From Octopus bimaculoides (lineage: Eukaryota): 43,849 nucleotides of DNA. The DNA is taken from contig NC_069002.1 of assembly GCF_001194135.2 (NCBI RefSeq), forward strand, positions 30,073,409-30,117,257, written 5' to 3'. The notes beneath the pieces are model-generated. The model saw only the letters and a list, made by a program, of their open reading frames with translations, ran no database searches and had not been told where the DNA came from. Below are positions 1 to 13,632 of the stretch, one piece after another. The translations under genes were made by a program, and so were the position numbers. Every line of letters starts with the position of its first letter. The first letter of the stretch is position 1.

Positions 1-244
1 TTGGGAAGCCATTTGCAAATTTAAATCCCAAAATTCGCCATTAAAGGGCGACCTTTTGCCAGACCTGCTCGCCCCTCTTGAAGCGAGCTGAATTATTTAG
101 TTAACATTTCAACAGAAATTGGAATACCAACTTAGAAAACCACAAATTTTAAAGAAAACTTACGATCCACGAACAAGCGTTTCCTTGCTCCAGACACAAA
201 TAATGATAATAACAATAATAATAATAATAATAATAATAATAATC

Positions 245-420
245 CTTTCTACTAAAGGCACAAGGCCCCAGTGTTTCACTGGTACTTAATTCATCGGCGA
301 CCCCGAAAGGATGAAAGACAAAATCGACCTCGGCGAAATTTGAACTCAGAACATAAAGACAGATGAAATGCCGCTAAGCATTTTCCTGATGTGCTAACGA
401 TTCTGCCAGCTCGCACCTTA
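245..420 (-). mobile_element. tRNA-derived SINE, family A (internally deleted copy)
   Basis: Reverse complement of the head ggcgagctggcagaatcgttagc...gagttcaaat and core gtcgac..tttcatcctttcggggtcg seen in many copies in this window; (AAT)n at its 3' side (198-243). Confidence 0.85.
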
Positions 421-927
421 GGCTCTCATGGTTTCTGAGGCAGTGGCTCTCGTGGCTTCTGATCTTAACTGATTCGAAGTGCTATCATGTACATGCTTTG
501 TCTTTGTGTAAAAGATGGGCTACAGCAAATATTCTGCTCAATGTCACAGATTTGCTTATCAGTTGCTTGACCTTAACCAGTTGAGCGTGTCCCTTGGTGG
601 CTGACGATATGTGTTGAGAGGAATTTGTGGGGAGGTGAGTAATTCACCTTTGGAAACATAGTGTTTCGTTCATCATCTTCAAACAGCCCTCATTCAGGAA
701 CTTTTTGCGCGGGATGAGCTACTCGACCCGAAGAAAAATTCTAACTGGGTCCCACCTGCAATGTCACGTGCTGCATATCTTCATATGAGATCATCATGTC
801 ACGCCCATATGGTCGTGATGCATGTGCCTAGTGTACCCTTATCAGACGGGTAGTCATGACGGGTGTATTGGGCTTTGTATATTTGTACCCCAGTGTCACT
901 TTGGTGGCATGCACTGCTCTCTCACTC
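421..927 (+). mobile_element. Unclassified non-coding interspersed repeat ending in an (AAT)-type tail
   Basis: Clear homology to 41472-41727 (aaaagatgggctacagcaaatattctgctcaat, gaccttaaccagttgagc). Ends ctctcactc followed by AAT/GAT triplets. Orientation inferred from the tail. Confidence 0.75.
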
Positions 928-1100
928 AATAACAATGATGATGATGATGATATTGATGATGATGATGATGATGACGACGACGACGACGACGAGGGTGATG
1001 ACGATAATAACAATAATATTAATAATAATAACATAATAACAATAACATTAATAATATTAATATTAACAATAATAACAATAATAACAAAAATATTAATAAT
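928..1100. repeat. Compound (GAT)n/(GAC)n/(AAT)n microsatellite
   Basis: Read directly; source of the poly-D/N/S ORFs at 828-1104. Confidence 0.95.
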
Positions 1101-1396
1101 CTAAAATCTGCAGCTCAACAAAATTTCTTTAATTAGTCACAATTTCTCTGTAAATTAATCACCTCACTTATAAAAATAAAATATAACTAATTAAAATTGC
1201 CGGAAATAAAGTTTTTTTTTTTTTTGCTTAAATTAACTTTCTTGATATTGATATTAAATCCAAAAAATTGTGACTGCTGACAAAATTGGCAGAAAGTTGA
1301 ACAAAACATTCTTTGGCGTCTGGTTATGTTGGGGGTTGATCTTGGCTTTTATCTATAGCGTGTGGTGAGACTTAACTGCAATATAATAAATACCAG

Positions 1397-1785
1397 TGGA
1401 GGCGCAATGGCCCAGTGGTTAGGGCAGCGGACTCGCGGTCATAGGATCGCGGTTTCGATTCCCAGACCGGGCGTTGTGAGTGTTTATTGGGCGAAAACAC
1501 CTAAAGCTCCACGAGGCTCCGGCAGGGGATGGTGGCGAACCCTGCTGTACTCTTTCACCACAACTTTCTCTCACTCTTACTTCCTGTTTCTGTTGTGCCT
1601 GTAATTCAAGGGGTCAGCCTTGTCACACTGTGTCACGCTGAATATCCCCGAGAACTACATTAAGGGTACACGTGTCTGTGGAGTGCTCAGCCACTTGCAC
1701 GTTAATTTCACGAGCAGGCTGTTCCGTTAATCGGATCAACTGGAACCCTCGACGTCGTAAGCGACGGAGTGCCAACAACAACAAT
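1397..1785 (+). mobile_element. tRNA-derived SINE, family B, near full length
   Basis: A-box-like tggcccagtggttagg and B-box-like ggtttcgattccc, (CAA)n tail; homologous copies at 2244, 6860 and 36880. Confidence 0.9.
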
Positions 1786-2243
1786 ATACCACACTAGAGT
1801 GTTGCCCATCATATGATGACGGGTAACTTAAGAAGTATGCTTTCGCCACAATGCGTATTATCAGGAAATATGGCGTATATACAATAATTATGATTCGACT
1901 TTTATCAAATCTCTAGGTGCTTATACAAAATGATGGAATGAACGCTAATTTTCCACATCCACTAAAAAATTATTTTCTTAAAATAAAATTAAACAAAACA
2001 AATTTCTCATTTGCATATTTGAAATATATAAGCGTCATTATTTTCCTAAATGTTATCAATATAATCACAATTTACTCTTTTGAAAACTTATCTCCGCAAA
2101 ATTGCATTTAAAAAGAAAAAGATAAATGTGAATTTTTTTCAGAAAGTTAGACGTTCATCTTATTCTTATGTTAAATTTCTCTACATTTTCCTCCGTCACT
2201 CTCTATACATAGCAAAACGTGACTGGAGAAAGGAAGGTGTATA

Positions 2244-2332
2244 AAAACTCACAACGCCCGGTCTGGGAATCGAAATCGCGATCATATGACCGCGAGTCCG
2301 CTGCCCTAACCACTGGGCCATTTTGCCTCCAC
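2244..2332 (-). mobile_element. SINE family B, 5' head fragment
   Basis: Reverse complement of about 1397-1490. Confidence 0.85.
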
Positions 2333-4769
2333 ATTTGAGGTATATAAATACATTAGAAAGAGTGAATGAAACATTCGTTAGTTACACAGCACTCTTGATC
2401 CTTGTAGCAGTGAGAGTTACATAATCATGACACCTATTTGTATCTCGGTGAATAAGCCATCGAATGTATGTTGTCTTTGCCGTAAACACATCGCTGCAAC
2501 AACGATAGGACACAAGCATTTTTACTTGTTATGAAGACATTTATTTTCTTTACAAGTTCCAGGCTGAAATCGATAGAAACAGCTCTGGTATTGATATTTA
2601 TTGTAAAGATGCTCTCGCACATTTACAGGCGAAAAAGAAAATAAAGACAACTTTGGTTTTATGGAGATTTGAACCCAGCACAGTGATATATGGAACTTAT
2701 AGTAAAAGAAAAAAAAACGTTCATTGCGGCAGCATACTGTTCCAGTCACCACCACCCCCAACTCCAACCAGAAGCCTGACAAATAGATAAACGCTATTTA
2801 TGTATGTTAAGGTATATACGTTACACTTTTAATTAGGATTTAGCAGGTTTGTGGAGGTCAAAGAATTTTCGAGGCCAAAGTGAAGAATTCCGAGTCAACG
2901 AAAATTGAATTTTCAAACAGCATCTGTTCTTTGGGAAGCGAAACGAAAATTCCGACTGATTAATGCGTAAGAGATTAAACCTGATGAGCGATAACCCCCA
3001 ACATCTGTAGAGTAGAATATCACACAGCGAGTTAGTGGGAAGTTGGTGTGAATTCAGTGCGATTGATGTTGCGTTCAGAACTGTGAACTTCAAGCTTGTT
3101 CAGTTCACCAAACTCTCTCCAGATCTTGAATCTATATCTCTTCTCTAATAACCACGTTCTCATACATGTCCTGTAAAATATAGGTTCGTATAACACTCGG
3201 GGATAATGATTTTTTTTTTTTTTTTACATTGGCACCAAGCCTCATATATGTTGGAAAGAAATGTGGTCGACCGATTTACCTTCTATGCTTGTCGGTGCTG
3301 GTTACGTCAGCGTTCACCCCAGACGAATAAAAAAAAATAACCAACCAGTATGGGGTAGGATTTGAACCAAGAACGTCAAATACCGTTACTAAAGGTCCCG
3401 GGATTTAGACTTTTACAACACAAAAATATATCAGAAAAGAAGTGGATTTCGAAAATCGTTAACGTATTCTTTTCTACTCTAGGCACAAGGCCCGAAATNN
3501 NNNNNNNNNNNNNNNNNNNNNNNNNNNNNNNNNNNNNNNNNNNNNNNNNNNNNNNNNNNNNNNNNNNNNNNNNNNNNNNNNNNNNNNNNNNNNNNNNNNN
3601 NNNNNNNNNNNNNNNNNNNNNNNNNNNNNNNNNNNNNNNNNNNNNNNNNNNNNNNNNNNNNNNNNNNNNNNNNNNNNNNNNNNNNNNNNNNNNNNNNNNN
3701 NNNNNNNNNNNNNNNNNNNNNNNNNNNNNNNNNNNNNNNNNNNNNNNNNNNNNNNNNNNNNNNNNNNNNNNNNNNNNNNNNNNNNNNNNNNNNNNNNNNN
3801 NNNNNNNNNNNNNNNNNNNNNNNNNNNNNNNNNNNNNNNNNNNNNNNNNNNNNNNNNNNNNNNNNNNNNNNNNNNNNNNNNNNNNNNNNNNNNNNNNNNN
3901 NNNNNNNNNNNNNNNNNNNNNNNNNNNNNNNNNNNNNNNNNNNNNNNNNNNNNNNNNNNNNNNNNNNNNNNNNNNNNNNNNNNNNNNNNNNNNNNNNNNN
4001 NNNNNNNNNNNNNNNNNNNNNNNNNNNNNNNNNNNNNNNNNNNNNNNNNNNNNNNNNNNNNNNNNNNNNNNNNNNNNNNNNNNNNNNNNNNNNNNNNNNN
4101 NNNNNNNNNNNNNNNNNNNNNNNNNNNNNNNNNNNNNNNNNNNNNNNNNNNNNNNNNNNNNNNNNNNNNNNNNNNNNNNNNNNNNNNNNNNNNNNNNNNN
4201 NNNNNNNNNNNNNNNNNNNNNNNNNNNNNNNNNNNNNNNNNNNNNNNNNNNNNNNNNNNNNNNNNNNNNNNNNNNNNNNNNNNNNNNNNNNNNNNNNNNN
4301 NNNNNNNNNNNNNNNNNNNNNNNNNNNNNNNNNNNNNNNNNNNNNNNNNNNNNNNNNTACCACACAGCCACGCCTGCGCCTATACTTATTCTTCATTAGT
4401 TTTGGGGAATTTTGGTTTTTTTATAGACAAGAACTACTTTAAGAGAAGGTTTAATGTACCTTTATGGACTTATACAACGAAACGAAAAACAAAACAGCTT
4501 TTCGTCCACAATATTTTTTTTTATCTCTGTAAACCCCTTCAGAGATAAACGCTTTACACTTAATTTTATTTATCTATTATTTATTTATAGTTTTTTTTTT
4601 CCTTTTTTTTTTTAACTTTTATCATTGATTACTTTATTGATTGGCTTTTTTTTTTTATACGTTTTTATAATTCATAATGATTCTTTGCTACTTATTCGGC
4701 AATCTCTTCCCGTCGTTCGTTCGATCTGTTACGCTATTCAATTACGTCTTCAGAACGACGTTGTGTATG

Positions 4770-5905
<1,136 letters not shown>

Positions 5906-6299
5906 TGACAATCTGGTTAAGTTAATGTTCTCAGGAAAAAAAATCAACCGACTAATTCACACGCTACAAATACACTTTATAAGTGGAACAGTAAAAATAT
6001 GTGTGACTTTACTCAAGTTTAAGATTTTAAAAAATTTTTTGTTTTATTATCTACATTCTGACGACGGGGCTTTGTATCTTTGTTAGAAACCAACTCCTTC
6101 CAGCAAGGAAGATTTCAAATAATTAGGAACAAACGAGAACATACAGAAGCGTGATTCGTCAGAATGTCTCAGGTATTCGTTCTCACCCTCTCTGCACTGA
6201 ATTCAAGTTTAGCCGAGATGAGCTTTGCTTTTCATCTTTTCGGAATCCATACATTACTAAAGTGGATTATTTTAATCGCTTTCCAAATTCCTTACTGTC

Positions 6300-6397
6300 T
6301 CTTTCTTCCCTCTCCCTCTCTCTCTCTTTCTCTCTCTCTCTCACTCTCTATTTCTCTCTCTCTCTCTCTCTCTCACTCTCTCTCTCTNNNNNNNNNN

Positions 6398-6450
<53 letters not shown>
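6300..6450. repeat. (CT)n microsatellite
   Basis: Read directly; spans a 10-N gap. Confidence 0.95.
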
Positions 6451-6455
<5 letters not shown>

Positions 6456-6859
6456 AGGAAGAAGAAGCTTTTGAAAATCTGCAGTTTCCAAATCTGGAGA
6501 AGATGATCTCTACCAGGGTTAAAATGATCATACGGGCGACGTATACCATATCAGTGACCCTACGATTCTCTCTGCTATTGAAGGTACAAATAAGGTAAGA
6601 TGTATATATGTGTTTGTGTGTATGTATATACACAGAGGAAAACAGGTTGTTTTCTCATGCGTTGATGTATGTATATTAACTTTATCTTATAATTGCACTT
6701 CAAGTCCTTTATGTATTATCTTTACCTTGAAATTGTACTTTAAGTCTTTGACAAGACTTACATTTAATTAGCCGTTTCCAAAATATTATGATTAATCAAA
6801 TGTAGTATGAGATAGAGGGCGCTGCAAATATGACACCGCATTTGATTCGGCTTCTGGAA

Positions 6860-7066
6860 CTCCGTCGGTTAACAAGACGCGTGTTACAATTGATCCGATC
6901 AACGGAACAGGCGAAAGAGTACAACAGGGTTCGCCACCAACCCCTGCCGGAGACTCGTGGAGCTTTAGGTGTTTTCGCTCAATAAACACATACAACACCC
7001 GGTCTGGGAATCGAAACTGCGATCCGCGAGTCCGCTGCCCTAAACACTGGGCCATTGCGCCTCCAC
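6860..7066 (-). mobile_element. SINE family B with internal deletion
   Basis: Head and tail match 1397-1785; the middle (about 1555-1715 equivalent) is missing. Confidence 0.85.
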
Positions 7067-9056
7067 GAGATAAAAGTATACAAATTATATTTATATATTC
7101 ACTATTTTGATCATATGATAGTTTGTGACAGATAGTGAATCCTCAGAGTAGGAACTGCTTCGAACGAATAAACCAACAATATATATNNNNNNNNNNNNNN
7201 NNNNNNNNNNNNNNNNNNNNNNNNNNNNNNNNNNNNNNNNNNNNNNNNNNNNNNNNNNNNNNNNNNNNNNNNNNNNNNNNNNNNNNNNNNNNNNNNNNNN
7301 NNNNNNNNNNNNNNNNNNNNNNNNNNNNNNNNNNNNNNNNNNNNNNNNNNNNNNNNNNNNNNNNNNNNNNNNNNNNNNNNNNNNNNNNNNNNNNNNNNNN
7401 NNNNNNNNNNNNNNNNNNNNNNNNNNNNNNNNNNNNNNNNNNNNNNNNNNNNNNNNNNNNNNNNNNNNNNNNNNNNNNNNNNNNNNNNNNNNNNNNNNNN
7501 NNNNNNNNNNNNNNNNNNNNNNNNNNNNNNNNNNNNNNNNNNNNNNNNNNNNNNNNNNNNNNNNNNNNNNNNNNNNNNNNNNNNNNNNNNNNNNNNNNNN
7601 NNNNNNNNNNNNNNNNNNNNNNNNNNNNNNNNNNNNNNNNNNNNNNNNTATATATATATGTACGTGTGTGTGTATGATTGTGTTTGTGTGTGTGTGTGTG
7701 TGTGGTTTGGGCTAAAGTTCACTACAGCTGTTTCAGACGTGCTTTTTATTAATGAAGAAATCAATTACTTCGTGTAAAACAATCCCTTTTTTCAGGTGAA
7801 TTAAAGATAAAACAGTGTATAATGCGTATTCCTGGCTCTTCCTTGGTTCCTTTGTTATTAAAATACCTTCATTCTAGTGAACCCTGAAAATATTTATATT
7901 ATATTATATACATACTAACGGGACCCATGAATATTTCATGGAATTAATGGTAAACTCATTGAGTTATTTTTGAAAACTTTATCCAAAAAAACCTGAAAGC
8001 GTAGCCTATGTTGTATCTGTAGTGAAAGATAATCGCTCGTCTGCTACTCATTGGAAAGTGAAAGAAATTGGAATACGATGATTGCTTAATGCATTTTATA
8101 TATACACTTTATATATTTTATGCACAATTTTATAGACTTAATACACAGCACTCATAAAATAAATATTCACTCTTATTTTATCATTTTCCCCATAAACAAA
8201 AAAATATCCTGTACATATGATACAAACTTTTTTCCGTATCGTATTCGTATCCTTCTTCAATTAATTGATCAGTTGGAAGTTATTTCAAAACATTTGAAAC
8301 CTTATGGAAATGGCAGTGCTATGGAAGCTAACTCAAATATTCATCCTGGGAAATATCTTTGTTCGCTTAGAGAAATATTCTTTAGATAAAATGTGAAGGC
8401 AATGACCCAGTGAGAACTAAAAGAAATAAAGAACTGAAGAGAAGGAACATTTAGTGAAGCGGAAGAGGACGAAGACAGATGGAACGAAATTAAATTGTTA
8501 AGAGGTTGTATGTAGGACAGGTGTTTAGGTGGACAGACAGATTAAATGTCGGTGAATAATTGGACACTTCAAGTGTAAAATCTCTTATTTAACTTTAGGA
8601 AGGCAAAAGAACGGCATACAAAATTGTTTGACTACATCTGGTCGCCGAATAAAAGCAGTCAGTAATTACAGTTTAAATGAGAAATGCAGGAAAATCCAAA
8701 CACAGAAGCTAATGCTGCACTTTAAGCTGTGTTTCATGTACAACTGAGAAAAAAACCAATATTGATGCATTCGAGGCTACCAGATCTACTTTTATTCAAA
8801 ATCAGCAATATTAGAAAAATGCAAACACAAGCGAAAATTCATACCGAGTTCTTGGGCGATATATGTTCATCACCTTTGACTGACCTTTCAAGGTTAACTT
8901 CCTCTCTGACATGCGTGTAACCTCATCCCAATTCAAATTCTGTCGCGGTCAACTTTGCCTTTCATTTCTTCAGGGTCAAGTACTGGGGTTGTAGTGACCG
9001 ACAGAACTTTCCACAAAAAAAAATCTGCTGGCCTTGTGCCACCCAAATTTAAAAAC

Positions 9057-9057
<1 letters not shown>

Positions 9058-9092
<35 letters not shown>

Positions 9093-9131
9093 GCCCAAAT
9101 TTTGAAACCATTATTATTACTATTATTATTA

Positions 9132-9192
<61 letters not shown>
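9058..9192. repeat. (ATT)n microsatellite
   Basis: Read directly. Confidence 0.95.
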
Positions 9193-9193
<1 letters not shown>

Positions 9194-9196
9194 GAT

Positions 9197-9411
9197 AAGG
9201 TGGCGAGCTGGCAGAATTGTTAGCGAGCTGGATGAAATGCTTAGCGGTATTTCTTCTGTCGCAACATTCTGAGTTCAAATTCCGCTGAGGTCGACTTTAC
9301 CTTTCGTCCTTTCGAGGTCGATAAATTAAGTACCAGTGAAACACCGGGGTCGATTTAATCGACTGGCTCCCTTCGCCGAAAATTTCAGGTCTTGTACCTA
9401 TAGTAGAAAGG
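9197..9411 (+). mobile_element. SINE family A
   Basis: aaggtggcgagctggcaga head to tagtagaaagg tail. Confidence 0.9.
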
Positions 9412-9436
9412 TTTGTTGTTGTTGTTGTTGTTGTTA

Positions 9437-9660
9437 AAACAGTGAGCTAGCAGAATCGTTATCACACCGGACAAAATACTTAGCAGCATTTCGTCCGTCT
9501 TTACGTTTCGAGCTCAAATTCCGCCGAGGTCCGCTCTGCTTTTCATCCTTTCGGGATCGATGAATTAAGTACCAATGAAATACTGGGGTCGATGTTATCA
9601 ATAGCTCCCCATCCCCACCCACCCCAAAATGTCAGGCCTTTTGCCTATAGTAGAAAAGAG
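9437..9660 (+). mobile_element. SINE family A
   Basis: Same head, core and tail as 9197-9411. Confidence 0.9.
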
Positions 9661-9959
9661 TATTTTCTTCTTCTTTTTCTTGTTGTCCAGGGAGGATCAT
9701 TGTGCCAATATTATGAACACACGCACTGGTTCAATTCCATTCCTTTATTATCAATCAATTGCTTAAATATCCAACTGACTAATCGATTGTTTGTTTAACT
9801 TGGTTAAACAATCAGTCATTTGTTTTGTTTTGCTTTGTTTGTTTTGTTTTGCTTTGTTTGTTTTGTTTTGCTTTGTTTGTTTTGTTTTGCTTTGTTTTTT
9901 GTTGTTGTTTTGGGGTGGGGTTGTTTGTTGTTAATAATAACACTTGAACTAGAAATCAT

Positions 9960-9988
9960 GCTACCATCATCACCACTACTACAACTGA

Positions 9989-10032
<44 letters not shown>

Positions 10033-10330
10033 GACCCATTACAGTCTTAGATATCCCAACTACAATTATAGCGATGACATCGACAATAACAATTACTCCT
10101 GTTTCTTCTACTACTACTACTACTACAACCACTACTACTACTACTACTAACTTCACTACCTCTACCGTCCCTACTGCCACGGTTACATTTACTGGTGCTT
10201 TTACTTCAACTACAACCACTACTGCTACTAATACCCTTCCTCCTCCTCCTCCTCCTCCTCCTCCTACCACTACTACCACTACTACTACTACTACTACTAC
10301 TGCTGCTGCTGCTACTACGACTACTACAAC
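9960..10330. repeat. Degenerate (CTA)n/(CCT)n/(CTG)n triplet repeats
   Basis: Read directly; source of the poly-T/P/V ORFs. Confidence 0.9.
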
Positions 10331-10624
10331 GTCTGTATTTTCTATTCAAACGTGTTTACATTTTCGTTTGGGATTTCTTTTTTTCACTTTTTTTTTTGTT
10401 CCTGTTTTTGTGTTAGTTTGTCGAACACGTGACCTATATCTTCCTCCATGTGAAGAGAAGATTGTGCCACTTCACAACTAGTCATCCAACCCCAATCTGA
10501 TATTTGGGGGCCAAGGTCGAAAACAAAAGCATTTTATTTTGTTTTGTTGTTTTTCTTAATTTTTCTTTTGTTTTTGTTTGTTTATTTTTGTTAAACCTGG
10601 TTAAACGCAAAACCCTAACAATGA

Positions 10625-10678
<54 letters not shown>

Positions 10679-10724
10679 NNNNNNNNNNNNNNNNNNNNNN
10701 NNNNNNNNNNNNNNNNNNNNNNNN

Positions 10725-10780
<56 letters not shown>

Positions 10781-10781
10781 T

Positions 10782-10997
10782 AAGGTGACGAGCTGGCAGA
10801 ATCGTTAGCACGCCGGGCGAAATGCTTCGCGGTATTTCGTCTGTCTTTACGTTCTGAGTTCAAATCCCACCGAGGTCGACTATGCCTTTCGTCCTTTCGG
10901 GGTTGATTAAATAAGTACCAGTTACGCACTAGTGTCGATGTAATTGACTTAATCCCTACCCCCAAATTTGAGGTCTTCGGCTTCCAGTAGAAAGGAT
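10782..10997 (+). mobile_element. SINE family A
   Basis: Head follows (ATT)n; tail ccagtagaaagg. Confidence 0.9.
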
Positions 10998-11017
10998 CAT
11001 TATTATTGTTGTTGTTA

Positions 11018-11200
11018 AGACAGCAAGCTGGCGGAATCGTTAGCACACCGGGTGAGATGCTTAGCGGTGTTTCGTCTGCGCTACGTTCTGAGTTCAAGTT
11101 CCACCAGCTCGATTTCGTCGTTCAGCCTTTCGGGGTCGATAAAATAAGTACCAGCTACGCACTTCCTCTAAATCTGAAGCCTTGTGCTTCCAGTAGAAAA
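11018..11200 (+). mobile_element. SINE family A (3' part shortened)
   Basis: Family A head and core; tail cagtagaaaag then (ATT)n at 11201-11340. Confidence 0.85.
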
Positions 11201-11201
11201 G

Positions 11202-11338
<137 letters not shown>

Positions 11339-11342
11339 CATT

Positions 11343-11575
11343 AAGGCGGCGAACTGGCAGAATCGTTAGTACACTGGACGAAATGCGTAGCGGTATTTCG
11401 TCCGTCGCTATGTTCTGGGTTCAAATTCCGTCGAGGTCGACTTTGCCTTTCATCTTTTTCGGGTCGATTAAATAAGTACCAGTTGCGCACTGGAGTTCAT
11501 GCAATCAACTTAATCCCTTTGTCTGTCTTTTTTGTCCCCTCTATGTTTAGCCCCCTGTGGGCAATAAATAAATAA
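11343..11575 (+). mobile_element. SINE family A, tail type 2
   Basis: Family A head and core with the alternative tail tgtcccctctatgtttagccccctgtgggcaataaa. Confidence 0.9.
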
Positions 11576-11589
11576 ATAAATATTCTATA

Positions 11590-11890
11590 AAAACATGTGT
11601 GGTCATGGGGAAATATTGACTTTCTCGGAAATAGGTGAGGGTTGGTGACAGCAAGGTGATCCAGCCTTTGAAAATCTGCCTCAAAGAATCCAGCAAGACT
11701 GGAGAAGTAGACATCAAACAATGATGTGATTATGTGAATAGACATAAGGATCTACAGATATTGGGACTCACAGAGCGGATGACAGGGAACCGAGACTCCT
11801 GGTAGTTCCCCAGGAGTCTTGAAAAGGCGAATCAAGCTAAGTAAAAGCGTGATTGCCCTCTCCAGCTCAGCACCCCTAATCTTGCAAGCT
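11590..11890 (+). mobile_element. RTE-like LINE 3' fragments
   Basis: 11746-11844 reads KDLQILGLTERMTGNRDSW*...LEKANQAK*, resembling RTE ORF C-termini. 11590-11730 resembles an RTE-type 3' UTR ending in (GAT). Family call from memory. Confidence 0.6.
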
Positions 11891-12000
11891 AAATTAAGTA
11901 CCAGTTGAACACTGGGATCGATGTAATCGACTCACCCCTACCCCACCCCAAGCTGCCCTTGTGGTAAAAATTTGAAATAATAATAATTATTATAATTATC

Positions 12001-12215
12001 AAAGGCGAGGGAGCTGGCATAATCGTTAGCACGCCGGGCGAAATGCTTAGCGCCATTTCGCCCGTCTTCACGTTCTGAGTTCAAATTCCGCCCAGGTCAA
12101 TTTTACCTTTTATCCTTTCGGGTCCGATGAAATAAGTACCAGTCGAGCACTGTGGCCAATGTAATCGACTTACTCTCTGCCCCGAAATTGCAGGCCTTGG
12201 GCCAAAATTTGAAAT
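12001..12215 (+). mobile_element. SINE family A
   Basis: Head, core and tail intact; preceded by a headless 3' fragment at about 11890-11980. Confidence 0.9.
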
Positions 12216-12308
12216 AATAATTGTTATTGTTGTTGTTGCTGCTGCTGCTACCACTGTTGTTATTGTTGCTGTTGCTCTTATTTATATTATTGTCATTACT
12301 ATTACTAC

Positions 12309-12344
<36 letters not shown>

Positions 12345-12361
12345 CATTATTATTATTATTA

Positions 12362-12392
<31 letters not shown>

Positions 12393-12411
12393 CATTATTA
12401 TTATTATTATT

Positions 12412-12628
12412 AGGGTGGCAAGCTGGTAGAACCGTTAGCACGTGAGGTGAAATGCTTAGCGGTATTTCGTCTGCCGCTGCGTCCAGAGTTCAAATTACGT
12501 CGATGTCGACTTTGTCTTTCATCTTTTCGAGGTCGATGAAATAAGTACCGGTTATGCACTGGGGTCGATGTGATCGATTATCGCCCTCCCCACAAATTCC
12601 AAGCCTTGTGCCTATAGTACAAAGGATT
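12412..12628 (+). mobile_element. SINE family A
   Basis: Head follows (ATT)n; tail tagtacaaagg then ATT repeats. Confidence 0.9.
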
Positions 12629-12654
12629 ACTATTATTATTTTATTGTCTTTGCA

Positions 12655-12697
<43 letters not shown>

Positions 12698-12894
12698 ATC
12701 ATCATCATCATCATCATTACTATTATTGTTGTTGTTGTTGTTGTTGTTATTGTTGTTTTTTATTGTCTTTATGGTCTTTGCTGATGTTGCCCTTTTTACA
12801 CAATTGTAAATCTCCCGCCGTTTTTCGTTTCGCTGTGTGTCGTCCTACTGTTCCCAACGTCGTGGGACATTGAAACTTCTAAAAGACATCATCA

Positions 12895-12956
<62 letters not shown>

Positions 12957-12959
<3 letters not shown>

Positions 12960-13259
12960 TAGTTTTATTTTTATAACGTGCTTTCACTTCACTACAGAGC
13001 GCAGCTCTGTGCGCCTTGGGTATGTGCTGTGGTTTGCTGTGGTGCTCTTATGTTTACTGTATTGAAAGTGTTTTGCGTAGAATGTGTGCAGTACCCAGTA
13101 GTGCAATTTTCTGTATGTTATATATTTGTAAGTCCTGGTGTTTTTGCTATGCATTTGTCTGAATATTTTTTTATCACACCTAATGCACCTATTATGATAG
13201 GAATTGTTTCTGCTTTTAGACTCCACACATTCGAGTTACCTCTATTTCCAGGTCTTTGT
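12957..13259 (-). mobile_element. R4/Dong-like non-LTR retrotransposon 3' end, family 1 (frameshifted)
   Basis: YKDLEIEVTRM/WSLKAETIPIIIGALGVIKKYSDKCIAKTPGLTNI/NIQKIALLGTAHILRKTLSIQ* (stop at 13054-13056; two 2-bp frameshifts), matching the C-terminus of RLE-type LINEs. About 95 bp of 3' UTR ends in (AAT)n. Confidence 0.8.
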
Positions 13260-13323
13260 ATTATTATTATCATCATCATCATCATCATCATCGTCATCGT
13301 CGCCGTCATCGTCGTCGTCATCG

Positions 13324-13364
<41 letters not shown>

Positions 13365-13385
13365 GTTGTTGTTGTTATTATTATT

Positions 13386-13573
13386 CAGTAGTCGTTTTAT
13401 AACGTGCTTTCACTACACTACTGAGCGCTGCTCTATGTGCCTTGGATACGTGCTATGGTTGGTTTTCGTGCTCTTATTTCCACTGTATTGAAGGTGCTTT
13501 ACGTAGGATGTACGTGGTGCCTAGTAGTGCTATTTTCGGTATGTTATATACATTCGTAAGTCCTGGTGTTTTG
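13386..13573 (-). mobile_element. R4/Dong-like family 1, shorter and more diverged 3' end
   Basis: Homologous to about 12957-13150; flanked by (ATT)n on both sides. Confidence 0.75.

Positions 13574-13630
<57 letters not shown>

Positions 13631-13632
<2 letters not shown>

Noticed and set aside
1397-1470. tRNA gene-like sequences (also the heads of SINE families A and C)
   Set aside because: A and B boxes run directly into SINE bodies and tails; no complete cloverleaf is evident.
3362-4399. Long ORFs made of X (also at 7.1, 18.3, 22.3, 27.4, 33.5, 37.1, 38.3 and 39.9 kb)
   Set aside because: They are open only because they span N-gaps.
6485-6594. Plus-strand exon-like segment with donor AG|gtaaga, reading SKSGEDDLYQG*NDHTGDVYHISDPTILSAIEGTNK
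   Set aside because: In-frame TAA, weak acceptor and no recognisable domain. Rescue by double A-to-I editing would be pure speculation.
10074-10481. Mucin-like Thr/Pro-rich ORF
   Set aside because: Translation of (CTA)n/(CCT)n repeats, with no splice or domain support.
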